Source: Gemmatimonadota bacterium
GTDB lineage: Bacteria > Gemmatimonadota > Gemmatimonadetes > Gemmatimonadales > GWC2-71-9
NCBI GenBank assembly: GCA_039586365.1
Contig: JBDHKN010000025.1
Span: 1 to 48,582 of the forward strand
DNA length: 48,582 bases
Direction: 5' to 3'
Part shown: positions 36,578 through 46,535 of the stretch, one piece after another
How positions within the stretch are numbered: the first letter of the stretch is position 1
Layout: each line of letters opens with the position of its first letter
Notes under the pieces: generated by a model
Databases searched by the model: none
The model's input: only the letters and a program-made list of their open reading frames with translations
What the model was told of the DNA's origin: nothing
Program-made: the position numbers and the translations under genes

Positions 36578-39382
36578 TCAGTTGACGGTTGCCTCGTTGG
36601 CGGTTGCCAAGGAGATCCCATTGAACACGAGCTTGAAGGTGCCGTGCGGCTGAGCACGGAAGAGGACTTCAGGTCCGAACATGTACAGCATGCCGTCACC
36701 CACGTCAGCCTCGACGGCGGCTAGACCGTCCTTCACGTGCTCTTCGCCCCACGCCCAACCGCTCCTGAGTGGGGTCTCGGAATCGTACCAAGCCACTCTG
36801 CGCACACCCTGAGCCTCAGCCCCCGCTTCGAGCCGGAACACTGGGCTCCGACTGAAGGTCACGATGGCGCGGTCGTCCATACCATAGGCGATGGGTCTGG
36901 TGTTGTCGACTCGTGCCTCCAACAACGATCCCGGAATGAAGTAATCCTCGTTGCGGAGCGCCCGGTCATTCTCATCGACGAGGTGGTTGCCGATGGGCAG
37001 ATCGAGATGCGTCGCGAGGTTGCCAGACGTGCCGATCGTTATGATGGTTCCGCCTTCCTCGAGGAACTGCTTCAGGTGAGGCACTGTCACGTCCGGTGTT
37101 ACTCTCCCAACGCGGTCCTGATACTCCTCGGGAACATCGGCGGCTGCCTCTTCCCGTCCGTATCTGCCCTCCTCGCCACCGGGGCCCATCGCCGGGATCG
37201 CTCCAGTCGGGAAGATCAAGACGTCGAAATTCCTCTTCAGGTTGCCCGCATCGAGCCTTGGTGGGTAGATCACCTCGAACGGGAACTCGAACTGCTCCAT
37301 TAGCCACCGAGTCCAGCCAGACGGCATCGATCCACCGTACTGATCCCACAACCCCACGCGTACCTGCCGCACCTGGAGCCCCTCGGTCCGGGGCATCGAT
37401 GACACACCTTCGAAGCTGATGCCCAGGTCCGACGCCAGTTGCTGCAGTCTCCCCTGGGTGCCGCCACCGGACCGGATGTACATTGTGCCGGCGGGGTACT
37501 CCTTTCCGTTCGCCGCCACTGGCTGCGTCAGCCAGTATACCCTATCGCCACTCTTCAGAAGCCGGTTCATGGCGACGAACGCATCGTTGGGCTCATGGCT
37601 CAGCAGGAAGCCTCGCGCCCCTTGCGCGTTGGAAACCGCACCGGCCGGCACTTCAGCAAACCCTTCCACCTTCTCAAATGGTCCGGTGAAGCCGTCGAGT
37701 ATTCTGTCGAACTCGACACCCATCTGGAACGCCAGGGTCCAGCCTGTGACGTCGTAGGGAGCGATCGGTGGACCACCCGGGTAGGCGAAGTCGTTGGGAT
37801 GATCCTGCGGCTCGAACATGCTCATGACGTGCGGTCTGAATGCCTGTGCGCTCATCACGACAAACGAGCCCGCTGGGTAGGTCTTGCTGCCGACCCGGAA
37901 CTCGGCGGTCGCCCGATGAACCGTCACCCCGCTCTTGATGAGCGTATTGACGAACTTCGCCGCAGTCGGAAAGTCCGCTTGGTCAGAGGGCAAGATGAAG
38001 CCTCGCGGGTCGCGCTCTGCCGAGTCGTGCAGTACTCGGTCGTACAGCTCAGATGGCACACCCCGCCTGCCACGCCCCGCATCTACCTCTCGGCCGGCCG
38101 CAGCGGCCTCGAGTGCCTCGATCCTCTTCGGGTGGATCGTCCAATGGTCTTGGCTGCCGCGCTCGATGGAGTTCCGACCCATCAAGTAGATGTTGTAGAG
38201 CAGGTTCTCGCGATTCCGGGAAGCGTAGTCCAGCACGGCACGGTTGGCGGTCACCGAGTAGTCGATGGACTGCCGGAAATGCCACTCCTGCGGTCTGATC
38301 GGATACGGCAAGTCGTTGTGGGCCAACTGGCGACCCGGAATCAACGGGATCTCCATCGGCGTCGGGTTCCCGATGATCTCCGTCAGTAACCCGACCATGT
38401 TGTGCCAATAGGGCGTCGTTCTCTGACCGCCATTCCACCACGTCGAGTAGCTCGCGCCGGACCTGCTCGTGGCGCCCGGCTTGTCTTCGGCGATGAATCG
38501 ACGGTGCATGGCCGATCCGACACCGTCGATGGTCATGATGACGAGCGGATCGAGGTCGTAGTTGAACGGATCGCGGAACGGCGGGGCAAACAGCACGGTG
38601 CCGGCGGGGCCGGATTGGTGGTGGTTGTACATGATCTGTGGATACCACTCCCGATACAGAATCCGACTCATGCTCTGTGTTTCGGGCATGTTGTTCATGT
38701 ACGCGTCGCGGTTGTTGTCGTGCCCCACGTACCAGTGATACAGCCGCGGGAGCCCTGACGTGGTCCGATCCTCAGGGTTGTCGTGCCGCATGTACCAGTT
38801 GGCGACCAGCTCCATTCCGTCCGGATTGGCCTCGACAGCCAAGATGATGACGTCATCCAGGAAGCGCATAGTCTCCGCGTCGTTGAGGCTGACGAGCTGG
38901 TAGACGGTCTCGACGATTTGATTTGCCCCTACGACTTCGGTGGCATGGAGGCCACCATCGAGCCATACGACCGCCTTGCCCTCTTGAGCGAGCTGCCGGG
39001 CTTCCTGCTCGCTCACTCCCTCCGCAAGCGCCAGTCGCCGCGCGATGTCTTTGTAGCGTGCGAGGTTTCGGTGGTTCTCAGGGGATGTGATGATGCACAT
39101 TAGCTGGCTGCGTCCCTCGGCGGTCATGCCTATCTCTTCCACGACCATCCGGGGAGATTCATCGGCCAACTTGCGCCAGTACGACTCAGCTTGTGTGTAG
39201 GTGGCGAGATGATAGTCGTCGCCGATGTTGAAGCCGAAATGCTCCTTGGGAGTCGTCACCTGAGCTTGGACTCGGGCCGAGACTGCCGCCATCACGAACA
39301 GCGCGGCCAATCCGGTAAGCACCCGGAGTACTGTCAGCGCAGCCAGACGACGTGTGGAACGAAGACGGGTGAACCTGTCCAT
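36578..39382 (-). CDS. Secreted M14-family zinc carboxypeptidase
   Basis: Signal peptide (VQAQ), HATE (HxxE), NPDG, DNNRD, NHHQ; C-terminal glutamine-amidotransferase-like domain (SGWTRW). Confidence 0.9.
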   Translation of the reverse strand: MDRFTRLRSTRRLAALTVLRVLTGLAALFVMAAVSARVQAQVTTPKEHFGFNIGDDYHLATYTQAESYWRKLADESPRMVVEEIGMTAEGRSQLMCIITSPENHRNLARYKDIARRLALAEGVSEQEARQLAQEGKAVVWLDGGLHATEVVGANQIVETVYQLVSLNDAETMRFLDDVIILAVEANPDGMELVANWYMRHDNPEDRTTSGLPRLYHWYVGHDNNRDAYMNNMPETQSMSRILYREWYPQIMYNHHQSGPAGTVLFAPPFRDPFNYDLDPLVIMTIDGVGSAMHRRFIAEDKPGATSRSGASYSTWWNGGQRTTPYWHNMVGLLTEIIGNPTPMEIPLIPGRQLAHNDLPYPIRPQEWHFRQSIDYSVTANRAVLDYASRNRENLLYNIYLMGRNSIERGSQDHWTIHPKRIEALEAAAAGREVDAGRGRRGVPSELYDRVLHDSAERDPRGFILPSDQADFPTAAKFVNTLIKSGVTVHRATAEFRVGSKTYPAGSFVVMSAQAFRPHVMSMFEPQDHPNDFAYPGGPPIAPYDVTGWTLAFQMGVEFDRILDGFTGPFEKVEGFAEVPAGAVSNAQGARGFLLSHEPNDAFVAMNRLLKSGDRVYWLTQPVAANGKEYPAGTMYIRSGGGTQGRLQQLASDLGISFEGVSSMPRTEGLQVRQVRVGLWDQYGGSMPSGWTRWLMEQFEFPFEVIYPPRLDAGNLKRNFDVLIFPTGAIPAMGPGGEEGRYGREEAAADVPEEYQDRVGRVTPDVTVPHLKQFLEEGGTIITIGTSGNLATHLDLPIGNHLVDENDRALRNEDYFIPGSLLEARVDNTRPIAYGMDDRAIVTFSRSPVFRLEAGAEAQGVRRVAWYDSETPLRSGWAWGEEHVKDGLAAVEADVGDGMLYMFGPEVLFRAQPHGTFKLVFNGISLATANEATVN

Positions 39383-39590
39383 GCGAACACCACCTTGCGT
39401 TGTTAGAGTTGATGTATGCGGCGGGAGATCTCAAAATGCTGCCGCCCGTAGATTAGTGCTGCAGAGTAAGAAATGCCAGCGTACCCGGCCGCTGTCATCG
39501 GGCCGAGTGAGCTGCGTTCTGCTGGCGTGAGCCGCGGCCCTCACGGGTTTCTTGCAGGTATTCGCGGTACTGCGTTCGAAGGGATCTCGA

Positions 39591-41885
39591 TCACCCTCTC
39601 GGCTTCAGCACTAACCGGTGTGCTACGTGTTCTTCCACGGCCTCGCGCGAGAATGCCAGCGGGAAATACTGGCCTTCAGCCCATAGTTCTAGCAGGTCTC
39701 CGTAGTGAGGGCTGCCAGGCTGCCCCGACTGCCCTGGTACGCTCGTGACTACCGAGTTGTCCCAGTTCGACAGATCGACGACCTCACGGAACGATGCGCC
39801 TGATTGACCTGTCACGTTGACGGTGGTTCGGTCTCCCCCACGCTCCACGGTTGGCAGGTCGAAAGCGGCGGTCACCGGGTGCCGGAACAGCGTCCGATGC
39901 ATTGCGCCCCAGCGCCACTCTGACCAATCCGTCCCCTGCCACTGTTCTAGGCTGTCAACAGCTAGGGTCAGCGCCGCTTGAACCAGGGAATCACGGCTGT
40001 CCTGCGCTGTCCCGGAACCGATTGCCCTGGTGTCGAACGCCGCTTGCCACGCCTTGAACAGAGCGGCCTCAGGACTGTCACGTCCCAGCTCCGCGCTCCA
40101 ATTGGCCAGCATCTGTCGCGCCCGCTCCACCTTCTCGCTCTCTCCCGTCCAGCCTTGGAAGCTGGTCACGGCCTCGGCCGCGCTTGGTGAGTGGACGTCG
40201 TGTTGTAGCCGTTCGAAGTCGGCGATCGTGAATCCACCACTGTCACTCAGTACGTCGTCGAGACGGTGGAAGCGAATCGGCGAAGACCAGTTGTAGCCCA
40301 ACGGGGGCGTGTATCCGCTCGGCATGATGTTGTGGTTTGCCGTTGTGATATAGCCGCGGGCAGGATTGTACTCTCTGGGCAATTCGCTCATCGGGCGGAA
40401 GCCACGCCATTCGTAATTCCCCGTGCCGGGTGCCGGTAGTCGTCCCACCCAACCACAACAACGTATTGGCGTCAGACCCGCTGCCTGCCACCCGATATCT
40501 CCGTCCACATCCGCATAAACCATGTTCTCGGACGGTACCAGCCAATGATCCATCGCCGCGAGAAACTCGTCCCAGTTCTGGGCCTGGTCCAGACGCAGTG
40601 AGCCAAGGTATCCTGCCGTCCCTGGCTCGGCCAACACCGATTTGAATGCGTAGGCCAGGTTGTGGGCGGTGTCTTCGTAGACGATGGGACCGTTTCGGCT
40701 GAATTTGAGCTCCACGACGCGTGGTCCCTCTCCCTTGACCCAAATTGTGTCGATCTCGACTTCGAGTGCCTCCCAGCTGTTCCCCCTGCGCACCTGGTCT
40801 GGCACAGCCGGATTCAGTTCTTCGACGAAGATGTCCTGTTGATCTATGCCTACTATGGTCAATCCCCAGGCGATCCGCTCGTTGTGTCCGATCGCCACTC
40901 CGGGTAGGGCAGGTTCGCCCGATCCTATGACGTTCCAACCCGGCCCGTTGAGATGCACCAGGTATCTCAGCGACGGAAGCATGATGCTCCGATGCGGATC
41001 GTTGGCGAGAATGGGCATACCAGTAGCGGTCATTGCTCCCGACACCGCCCAGTTGTTGCTGCCGGCGAGCGACTGCGCCGTATCAGGGCGGCGGGTCAGG
41101 TCGGAATACTCGTCCAGGACCGGAATCCGGGGCAGGGCCGCATACCCCGCACTGAGAATCTCGTCGACTTCAGTGGGAATGGTCGCGACATCCAGTCCTC
41201 GTGGTACTCGAAGCCTGTGCCACGGGTCCGGTGCATCGCGTTGGTTTGCCGCATTGACTCCAATCTCTGCTACAGAGCGGGCGAGCCGGATCTCGTTCCG
41301 GGCGTTACGGGTCATTGGCAGACCGGCCATCCGAAGCAGGGGGACTTCAGGGCTCCACGGTGCGGCAGTCACGCCGGTCAACTTGAATTCGACGGGCGGA
41401 TTATCGACGGTGTGCTCAATGAAGGCATTGATGCCCTTGGTGAACGCGGTGATGATAGTCCTGGCATCCGGATGATAACTCGCCCACTCTGCTTCCATGT
41501 CGCCCCGGTACCTCAGCAAACGGGCTAACCGGTCCCGCTCGAATGCCTGTGGTCCGGCAATCTCAGCGAGACGTCCCTCACCCACACGCCGCCAGAGCTC
41601 GAGCTGCCACAGCCGGTCCTGCGCCGCGACGAAACCCTGTGCGAAGAACAGATCCTCGACGGTATTGGCGTATATGTGGGCTATCCCCCATTCATCTCTG
41701 AGGATTTCGACCTCCTGCTCAAGGCCGGCGAGTCGGATCTCACCCTGTATCTGGGCTAGCGAAGTTCGCGCTAGCCGGTCGAGTCTGTTCGAAAGCGAAC
41801 CACAAGATCCAGTGGTAAGGGCCACGGCTAGGATCAGAACGGTGCCCAGGGGCTTCTGTAGTTGGAATGCGCGGCTTGGAGTCAT
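39591..41885 (-). CDS. Penicillin acylase family Ntn-hydrolase (probable lipoprotein)
   Basis: RDEWGIAHIYA, AQDRLWQ, GSNNW (nucleophile Ser), ANDPH, TANH, GQSG; lipobox TGSC. Confidence 0.92.
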   Translation of the reverse strand: MTPSRAFQLQKPLGTVLILAVALTTGSCGSLSNRLDRLARTSLAQIQGEIRLAGLEQEVEILRDEWGIAHIYANTVEDLFFAQGFVAAQDRLWQLELWRRVGEGRLAEIAGPQAFERDRLARLLRYRGDMEAEWASYHPDARTIITAFTKGINAFIEHTVDNPPVEFKLTGVTAAPWSPEVPLLRMAGLPMTRNARNEIRLARSVAEIGVNAANQRDAPDPWHRLRVPRGLDVATIPTEVDEILSAGYAALPRIPVLDEYSDLTRRPDTAQSLAGSNNWAVSGAMTATGMPILANDPHRSIMLPSLRYLVHLNGPGWNVIGSGEPALPGVAIGHNERIAWGLTIVGIDQQDIFVEELNPAVPDQVRRGNSWEALEVEIDTIWVKGEGPRVVELKFSRNGPIVYEDTAHNLAYAFKSVLAEPGTAGYLGSLRLDQAQNWDEFLAAMDHWLVPSENMVYADVDGDIGWQAAGLTPIRCCGWVGRLPAPGTGNYEWRGFRPMSELPREYNPARGYITTANHNIMPSGYTPPLGYNWSSPIRFHRLDDVLSDSGGFTIADFERLQHDVHSPSAAEAVTSFQGWTGESEKVERARQMLANWSAELGRDSPEAALFKAWQAAFDTRAIGSGTAQDSRDSLVQAALTLAVDSLEQWQGTDWSEWRWGAMHRTLFRHPVTAAFDLPTVERGGDRTTVNVTGQSGASFREVVDLSNWDNSVVTSVPGQSGQPGSPHYGDLLELWAEGQYFPLAFSREAVEEHVAHRLVLKPRG

Positions 41886-41975
41886 TGATTTGGCCTGACA
41901 GGATTGAGAGGAGAGATACGATCTTGCGTGCAGGGGGTCAAGGTGGGTAACAGCTCAGCTGTCGGCTATAGTTGA

Positions 41976-42004
41976 TTGACTCCCAACAAACCGCCGCGTA
42001 CGCT
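41976..42004 (+). promoter_or_regulatory. Sigma70-type promoter for the serine hydrolase/S9 genes
   Basis: TTGACT-N17-TACGCT. Confidence 0.55.
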
Positions 42005-42129
42005 TAACCAACTGTTGAGTTGTGCGACTCCGATGACTCCCGTCCGGAGGTCCCTGTGCACAGAAGCACCCGGCCCAAGCGGTCTTTCGCTCCGACGGCG
42101 TGGCGGGTCGTCGTGGCTAGGAGGCAACC

Positions 42130-43593
42130 GTGAGAATCGGTTTGCGGGGCGCAGTGAACCGTAGGTTGAAGTGGGCTGGTGCCCTCTGGCTATCCGGATT
42201 AGCAACCATCGCCGCCTCCGCCGGTGTCAGCGCTCAGAAGATCAGCCAGACTGCCCGCGTGGACAGTGTCTTCGCCACATATGACAACACGCGCTCACCG
42301 GGGTGCGCCGTTGGCGTCTTCCGCAACGGCAACTTCGTTTTGAAGCGCGGCTACGGCATGGCGAATCTCGAACACGGGGTCCCACTGACAGCGAAGAGTG
42401 TCTTCCGGATCGGATCGACTTCGAAGCAGTTCACTGCGGCCGCCATTGTTCTGTTGGCTCAAGAGCATAAGCTGTCGCTCGATGACGACATTCGATTGTA
42501 CTTGCCCCGGATGCCGTCATACCCGCAGTCCATTACGATTCGACACTTGCTGCATCACACCAGTGGAGTACGTGATTACTTGGGGTTGATGTGGTTAGCC
42601 GGGAGGCGCGACGACGATTTCTACACCGATGAAGACGTCGTCACGATGCTCGCGCGGCAACGGGAGCTGAATTTCCCGCCCGGTGACCAGTTTCTCTACA
42701 GCAACTCCGGATATTTCTTACTCTCACAGATTGTGAAGAGCGTGAGTGGCAAGACGCTGAGAGAATATGCCGACGAGAACATCTTCGAACCACTCGCCAT
42801 GATCCACACGCATTTCCACGACGACCACACTCAGATTGTGCCGAATCGGGCGACCGGTTACGCACCGGCTGACAACGGTGGCTTTCAAATCAGTATGACG
42901 ACATTGGGGATGATCGGCGACGGTGGCGTGTTCACATCAATTGAAGACTTGCGGTCTTGGGACCGGCTGTTCTACGATACCACTGCCGTCGCTCCACCCT
43001 TCCAGCGTTCCCAAGAGTTCTGGAGCACCATGCTCACCCCCGGTGTCCTGAACGACGGTGACACCCTGGACTATGCTCTAGGTCTGAGACACGGTAACTA
43101 CCGTGGAGTCCGGACGATCAGCCACGGCGGAGCCTTCGTTGGCTTTCGCGCCGAGATGCTGTGGTTCCCGGATGAACGGATGACCATCGTTTGCCTCTGC
43201 AATCTCAGCGCGACGAATCCGAGTCAGCTCGCTCAACGCGTGGCCGACATATACCTGGAGGATCGACTGGCTCCACTGGCCGATTCTGGCGGCATGGTGA
43301 ATGACAGGGCGCGAGATGCGGCGCCGATCCACATTGAGATGTCTGATCCGGAGGGCTACACCGGGACGTACTACAGCGAAGAACTGGATGTGGCCTATGT
43401 CGTCCGTCTGTCTGGCGACTCGCTCCTCCTCGAGGTGGGGAATGATCTCGACGGGGTGCTGCTGCAAGACGCGGAGGACGTCTTGCACCGGAACGGAATT
43501 CGGCTTCGCATGCAGCGTGACCAAAGAAGTCGCGTTGCGGGTTTCCTACTCGATGCGGGGCGGGTGAAGAACCTGAGGTTTGTTAGGCAATAG
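42130..43593 (+). CDS. Secreted serine hydrolase (beta-lactamase/D-aminopeptidase-like)
   Basis: AGGAGG SD, signal peptide, GSTSKQF, HHTSGVRD, YSNSGY, HGG. Confidence 0.92.
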   Translation: MRIGLRGAVNRRLKWAGALWLSGLATIAASAGVSAQKISQTARVDSVFATYDNTRSPGCAVGVFRNGNFVLKRGYGMANLEHGVPLTAKSVFRIGSTSKQFTAAAIVLLAQEHKLSLDDDIRLYLPRMPSYPQSITIRHLLHHTSGVRDYLGLMWLAGRRDDDFYTDEDVVTMLARQRELNFPPGDQFLYSNSGYFLLSQIVKSVSGKTLREYADENIFEPLAMIHTHFHDDHTQIVPNRATGYAPADNGGFQISMTTLGMIGDGGVFTSIEDLRSWDRLFYDTTAVAPPFQRSQEFWSTMLTPGVLNDGDTLDYALGLRHGNYRGVRTISHGGAFVGFRAEMLWFPDERMTIVCLCNLSATNPSQLAQRVADIYLEDRLAPLADSGGMVNDRARDAAPIHIEMSDPEGYTGTYYSEELDVAYVVRLSGDSLLLEVGNDLDGVLLQDAEDVLHRNGIRLRMQRDQRSRVAGFLLDAGRVKNLRFVRQ

Positions 43594-43700
43594 CTGGGCA
43601 TCAAGTTCACCCACGGGTTCCTAAACGCGAAGGGCCCGTCGCTGCCCAGTTGATCCTTCGTGGGTGACACGAGGTGAACTCTTCAACAGCGGAGATGGAG

Positions 43701-45746
43701 ATGTCAAAGCACCGATACCTGAGGGGCATCGCACTGTGTGCAATAGTATTGGCCGGTATCGGAACGCCGACGGTTCAGGCGCAAGAGGAACAAGCGGTTC
43801 CCGCTGACCGTTGGACTCCCGAACTCAGCATGAAGTACAAGACCGTCCAGCAAACGGCAATGTCTCCCGACGGCCAACTGATCGCGTACGTAGTCAGAGA
43901 GGCGCTGCTTGAAGGAGAGAAGTCAGAGTACTTGAGTCAGATCTGGGTCGTCTCGGCTGATGGTCAAACCAATGTGCAGTACACTCACGGCGAACACTCG
44001 GCCAGCAGTCCAGCCTTCTCACCGGATGGCGAGTATCTGTCGTTTACATCCTCTCGGTCGGGGGAGAACCAGGTTTGGCTGCTGCGAGTGCGCGGCGGGG
44101 AAGCAGTGCAGTTGACCGAAGCGGATCCGGGTGTCGCTAGCTACCGCTGGTCGCCGGATGGTTCGACCATAGCCTACACGATGCGAGATCCCGACACCGA
44201 AGAGGACCAGAAGAAGAAGGAGGAGAAGCTGGACGTAATCCTGGTAGACCAGAACTTCAAGTACAACCATCTCTATACGATAGCGGTCGCCAAGAACGAT
44301 AGCGGCAGACACGAGACCCAACGACTCACCGCCGGCCATTTTCACGTTAGCTCTTTTGACTGGTCTCCCGATGGAACGACCATCGTTTTTGCCCATCAGC
44401 CCGATCCTCGGATAAACACCGGTGGAATTCACGTGGACATCGCCACGGTTCCAGCGGACAGTGGCGCAGTGACACACCTGGTGACATGGCCCGGTGCTGA
44501 TCGCAATCCTGTCTACTCACCCGATGGCAGGTGGGTAGCTTTTATCTCCCATGGTGGGTCGCCGCAAAGAGTGGGCTTGGGGGACGTATACCTGATACTG
44601 GCTGGAGGCGGAGAACCTCGCAAGCTTGCCGATACGCCTGACAGAAGTGCAGCCATGCTTGGTTGGTCCGGAGACGGCAGCAGTGTACTGGTCAGTGAGG
44701 CAGGTAGAACCTCCCGGCAGGTCTTGGCGCTTCCCACAGACGGTGGAGAGGTGCGGCCGGTAGCGCTGGGCCGAGGGGTGATCACTAGTGTTTCGTTTGA
44801 TCGGGCAGTTGAGCAGATGGCCTTCACGTATCAAGAGCCAGAGTTGCCGGTCGACGTGTACTTGTCGCCAGTCCGTCGCTTCAGCATGCGTAAGCTGACG
44901 GACCTCAACAGCGATGTTCCCCGACCGGCAATGGGGCAGACAGAATTGATCAGCTGGACATCGCGGGACGGTCTGGAGATCGAGGGGCTGCTAACCTACC
45001 CGGTGGATTATCGATCTGGACGGGCATATCCCCTCATTCTCAATGTGCACGGCGGCCCAGCAGGTGTGTTTTCACAGTCGTTCACGGGTGCTGCGGCAAG
45101 CTACATGCTGCAGTATTTTGCCCAAGACGGCTATGCGATACTGCGGCCGAACCCGCGCGGCAGTACAGGCTACGGTAAGGAATTTCGCTACGCAAACGTC
45201 AAGGATTGGGGTTACGGTGACTACGACGATCTCATGGCCGGGGTCGACAAAGTCATCGATATGGGTGTTGCCCATAGTGACAGTCTTGTCGTGATGGGGT
45301 GGAGCTACGGTGGCTACATGACTTCGTGGGTGGTCACCAGGACCGATCGGTTCAAGGCCGCCAGCATGGGTGCGGGACTCCCCAACTTGATCAGCATGGT
45401 GTCCACGACCGACATCCCGGACTACCTCGTGTCGCACTTTGGTGGTGAGTTCTGGGAGGACTACGAGACGTATGAAAAGCACTCGGCCATCTACCGAATC
45501 GCCAATGTGGCTACCCCCACACAGGTGATTCATGGAGCCAACGACCTGCGGGTGCCGTTCACCCAGGGGCAGGAGTTCTACGTCGCGCTCTCTCGTCTCG
45601 GTGTGCCAACCGAGATGGTTGTGTATCCGCGGACACCTCATGGGCCACGGGAACCGAAGTTTGTAATGGACGTCTCAAAACGCATAATGCGGTGGTTTGA
45701 CGAACACTTGAGGAAGAGATCGAGGAACACCACAGACACCACCTAG
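43701..45746 (+). CDS. Secreted S9 prolyl oligopeptidase/acylaminoacyl peptidase
   Basis: SPDG propeller repeats, HGGP, NPRGSTGYG, GWSYGG, DLRVP, PHG. Confidence 0.94.
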   Translation: MSKHRYLRGIALCAIVLAGIGTPTVQAQEEQAVPADRWTPELSMKYKTVQQTAMSPDGQLIAYVVREALLEGEKSEYLSQIWVVSADGQTNVQYTHGEHSASSPAFSPDGEYLSFTSSRSGENQVWLLRVRGGEAVQLTEADPGVASYRWSPDGSTIAYTMRDPDTEEDQKKKEEKLDVILVDQNFKYNHLYTIAVAKNDSGRHETQRLTAGHFHVSSFDWSPDGTTIVFAHQPDPRINTGGIHVDIATVPADSGAVTHLVTWPGADRNPVYSPDGRWVAFISHGGSPQRVGLGDVYLILAGGGEPRKLADTPDRSAAMLGWSGDGSSVLVSEAGRTSRQVLALPTDGGEVRPVALGRGVITSVSFDRAVEQMAFTYQEPELPVDVYLSPVRRFSMRKLTDLNSDVPRPAMGQTELISWTSRDGLEIEGLLTYPVDYRSGRAYPLILNVHGGPAGVFSQSFTGAAASYMLQYFAQDGYAILRPNPRGSTGYGKEFRYANVKDWGYGDYDDLMAGVDKVIDMGVAHSDSLVVMGWSYGGYMTSWVVTRTDRFKAASMGAGLPNLISMVSTTDIPDYLVSHFGGEFWEDYETYEKHSAIYRIANVATPTQVIHGANDLRVPFTQGQEFYVALSRLGVPTEMVVYPRTPHGPREPKFVMDVSKRIMRWFDEHLRKRSRNTTDTT

Positions 45747-45795
45747 CTAGGAAGACGAGCAGGCCGCTGATCGCGGCGCAGATCCCGATCCTGTC

Positions 45796-45924
45796 GTGTT
45801 CCGAGGTGAGCTGGTCGGCTCCTACGCAGTCAGGAAGGGCCTGCGGTGTCCGACCTCGGGGCACTCCTCGCGGTGGAGCCGCCCTGGAAAGATGGGGAGA
45901 TCTACCAAACCCCGCAGGCCCTTC
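45796..45924. other. Intergenic region with interleaved inverted repeats (candidate structured RNA)
   Basis: 13-bp perfect IR 45834-45846/45912-45924; 12-bp IR with two G-U pairs 45796-45807/45853-45864; 7-bp IR 45816-45822/45875-45881. Confidence 0.4.
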
Positions 45925-46065
45925 GTCCGCTGACGGTGCAGTCGCGGGTCACCTGTCTCCTCTGTTCAACTAGTTGTTCTGCAAGCAGTTACAACCAGCG
46001 ACATCACATTTTATACTAACAGCGGCGCGGCCCAGCAACTTGCGCGTCTCAGGCGAATGTAGTAT

Positions 46066-46085
46066 TGTATCGTAAGACCGATACA
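46066..46085. promoter_or_regulatory. Probable YtrA/GntR autoregulatory operator overlapping the promoter
   Basis: TGTATCG-N6-CGATACA, 5 nt before the gntR ATG; overlaps TTGCGC-N17-TATTGT (46040-46068). Confidence 0.7.
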
Positions 46086-46090
46086 CTAAA

Positions 46091-46489
46091 ATGTTTACAC
46101 AGCTCGATCCCCGCAGTCCCGTCCCGCTGTACGACCAGATCGCCACGCGCATCAGGGTGGCCGTTGCTGCCGGAGAGCTTCGCTCAGGTGACGCACTTCC
46201 ATCCGTCCGCCAGCTCGCGGGCCGGTTGCGGGTCAATCCCGCAACGGTGGTGCAGGCATATCGAGAGCTGGAGTCTGACGGGTTCGTCGAAATGCGTCAG
46301 GGGGCTGGAACATTCGTCTGCGGGGTGGATTCTGCGGTGCGGGCGGCCGAAAGAGCAGAACAGGCGCAACGATTGGTGCGCGGATTGTTGGCCGACGCGG
46401 CCAGGCTCGGCCTGGAGAAGACGGAGATCATTACTGCGGTGCGACAGGAACTGGGGGGCGACAACTCAGCCCCAGGGCTGAGCAGGTGA
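46091..46489 (+). CDS. GntR family regulator, YtrA subfamily
   Basis: PLYDQI, LPSVRQLA...VNPATV..AYRELE..G..GAGTFV; short C-terminus; followed by an ABC ATPase. Confidence 0.95.
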   Translation: MFTQLDPRSPVPLYDQIATRIRVAVAAGELRSGDALPSVRQLAGRLRVNPATVVQAYRELESDGFVEMRQGAGTFVCGVDSAVRAAERAEQAQRLVRGLLADAARLGLEKTEIITAVRQELGGDNSAPGLSR

Positions 46490-46535
46490 CGATACCGCCA
46501 GGGATCATGACTCGGGACCTCAATCCGAGGCTGCA

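Noticed and set aside
45559..45864. Minus-strand ORF with a hydrophobic stretch as a type I toxin
   Set aside because: It runs far antisense into the S9 gene, and its SD abuts the start codon with no spacing.
45834..45924. SRP (4.5S) or 6S RNA
   Set aside because: It lacks the CAGG-GNRA-AGCA SRP motif and is about half the length of 6S.
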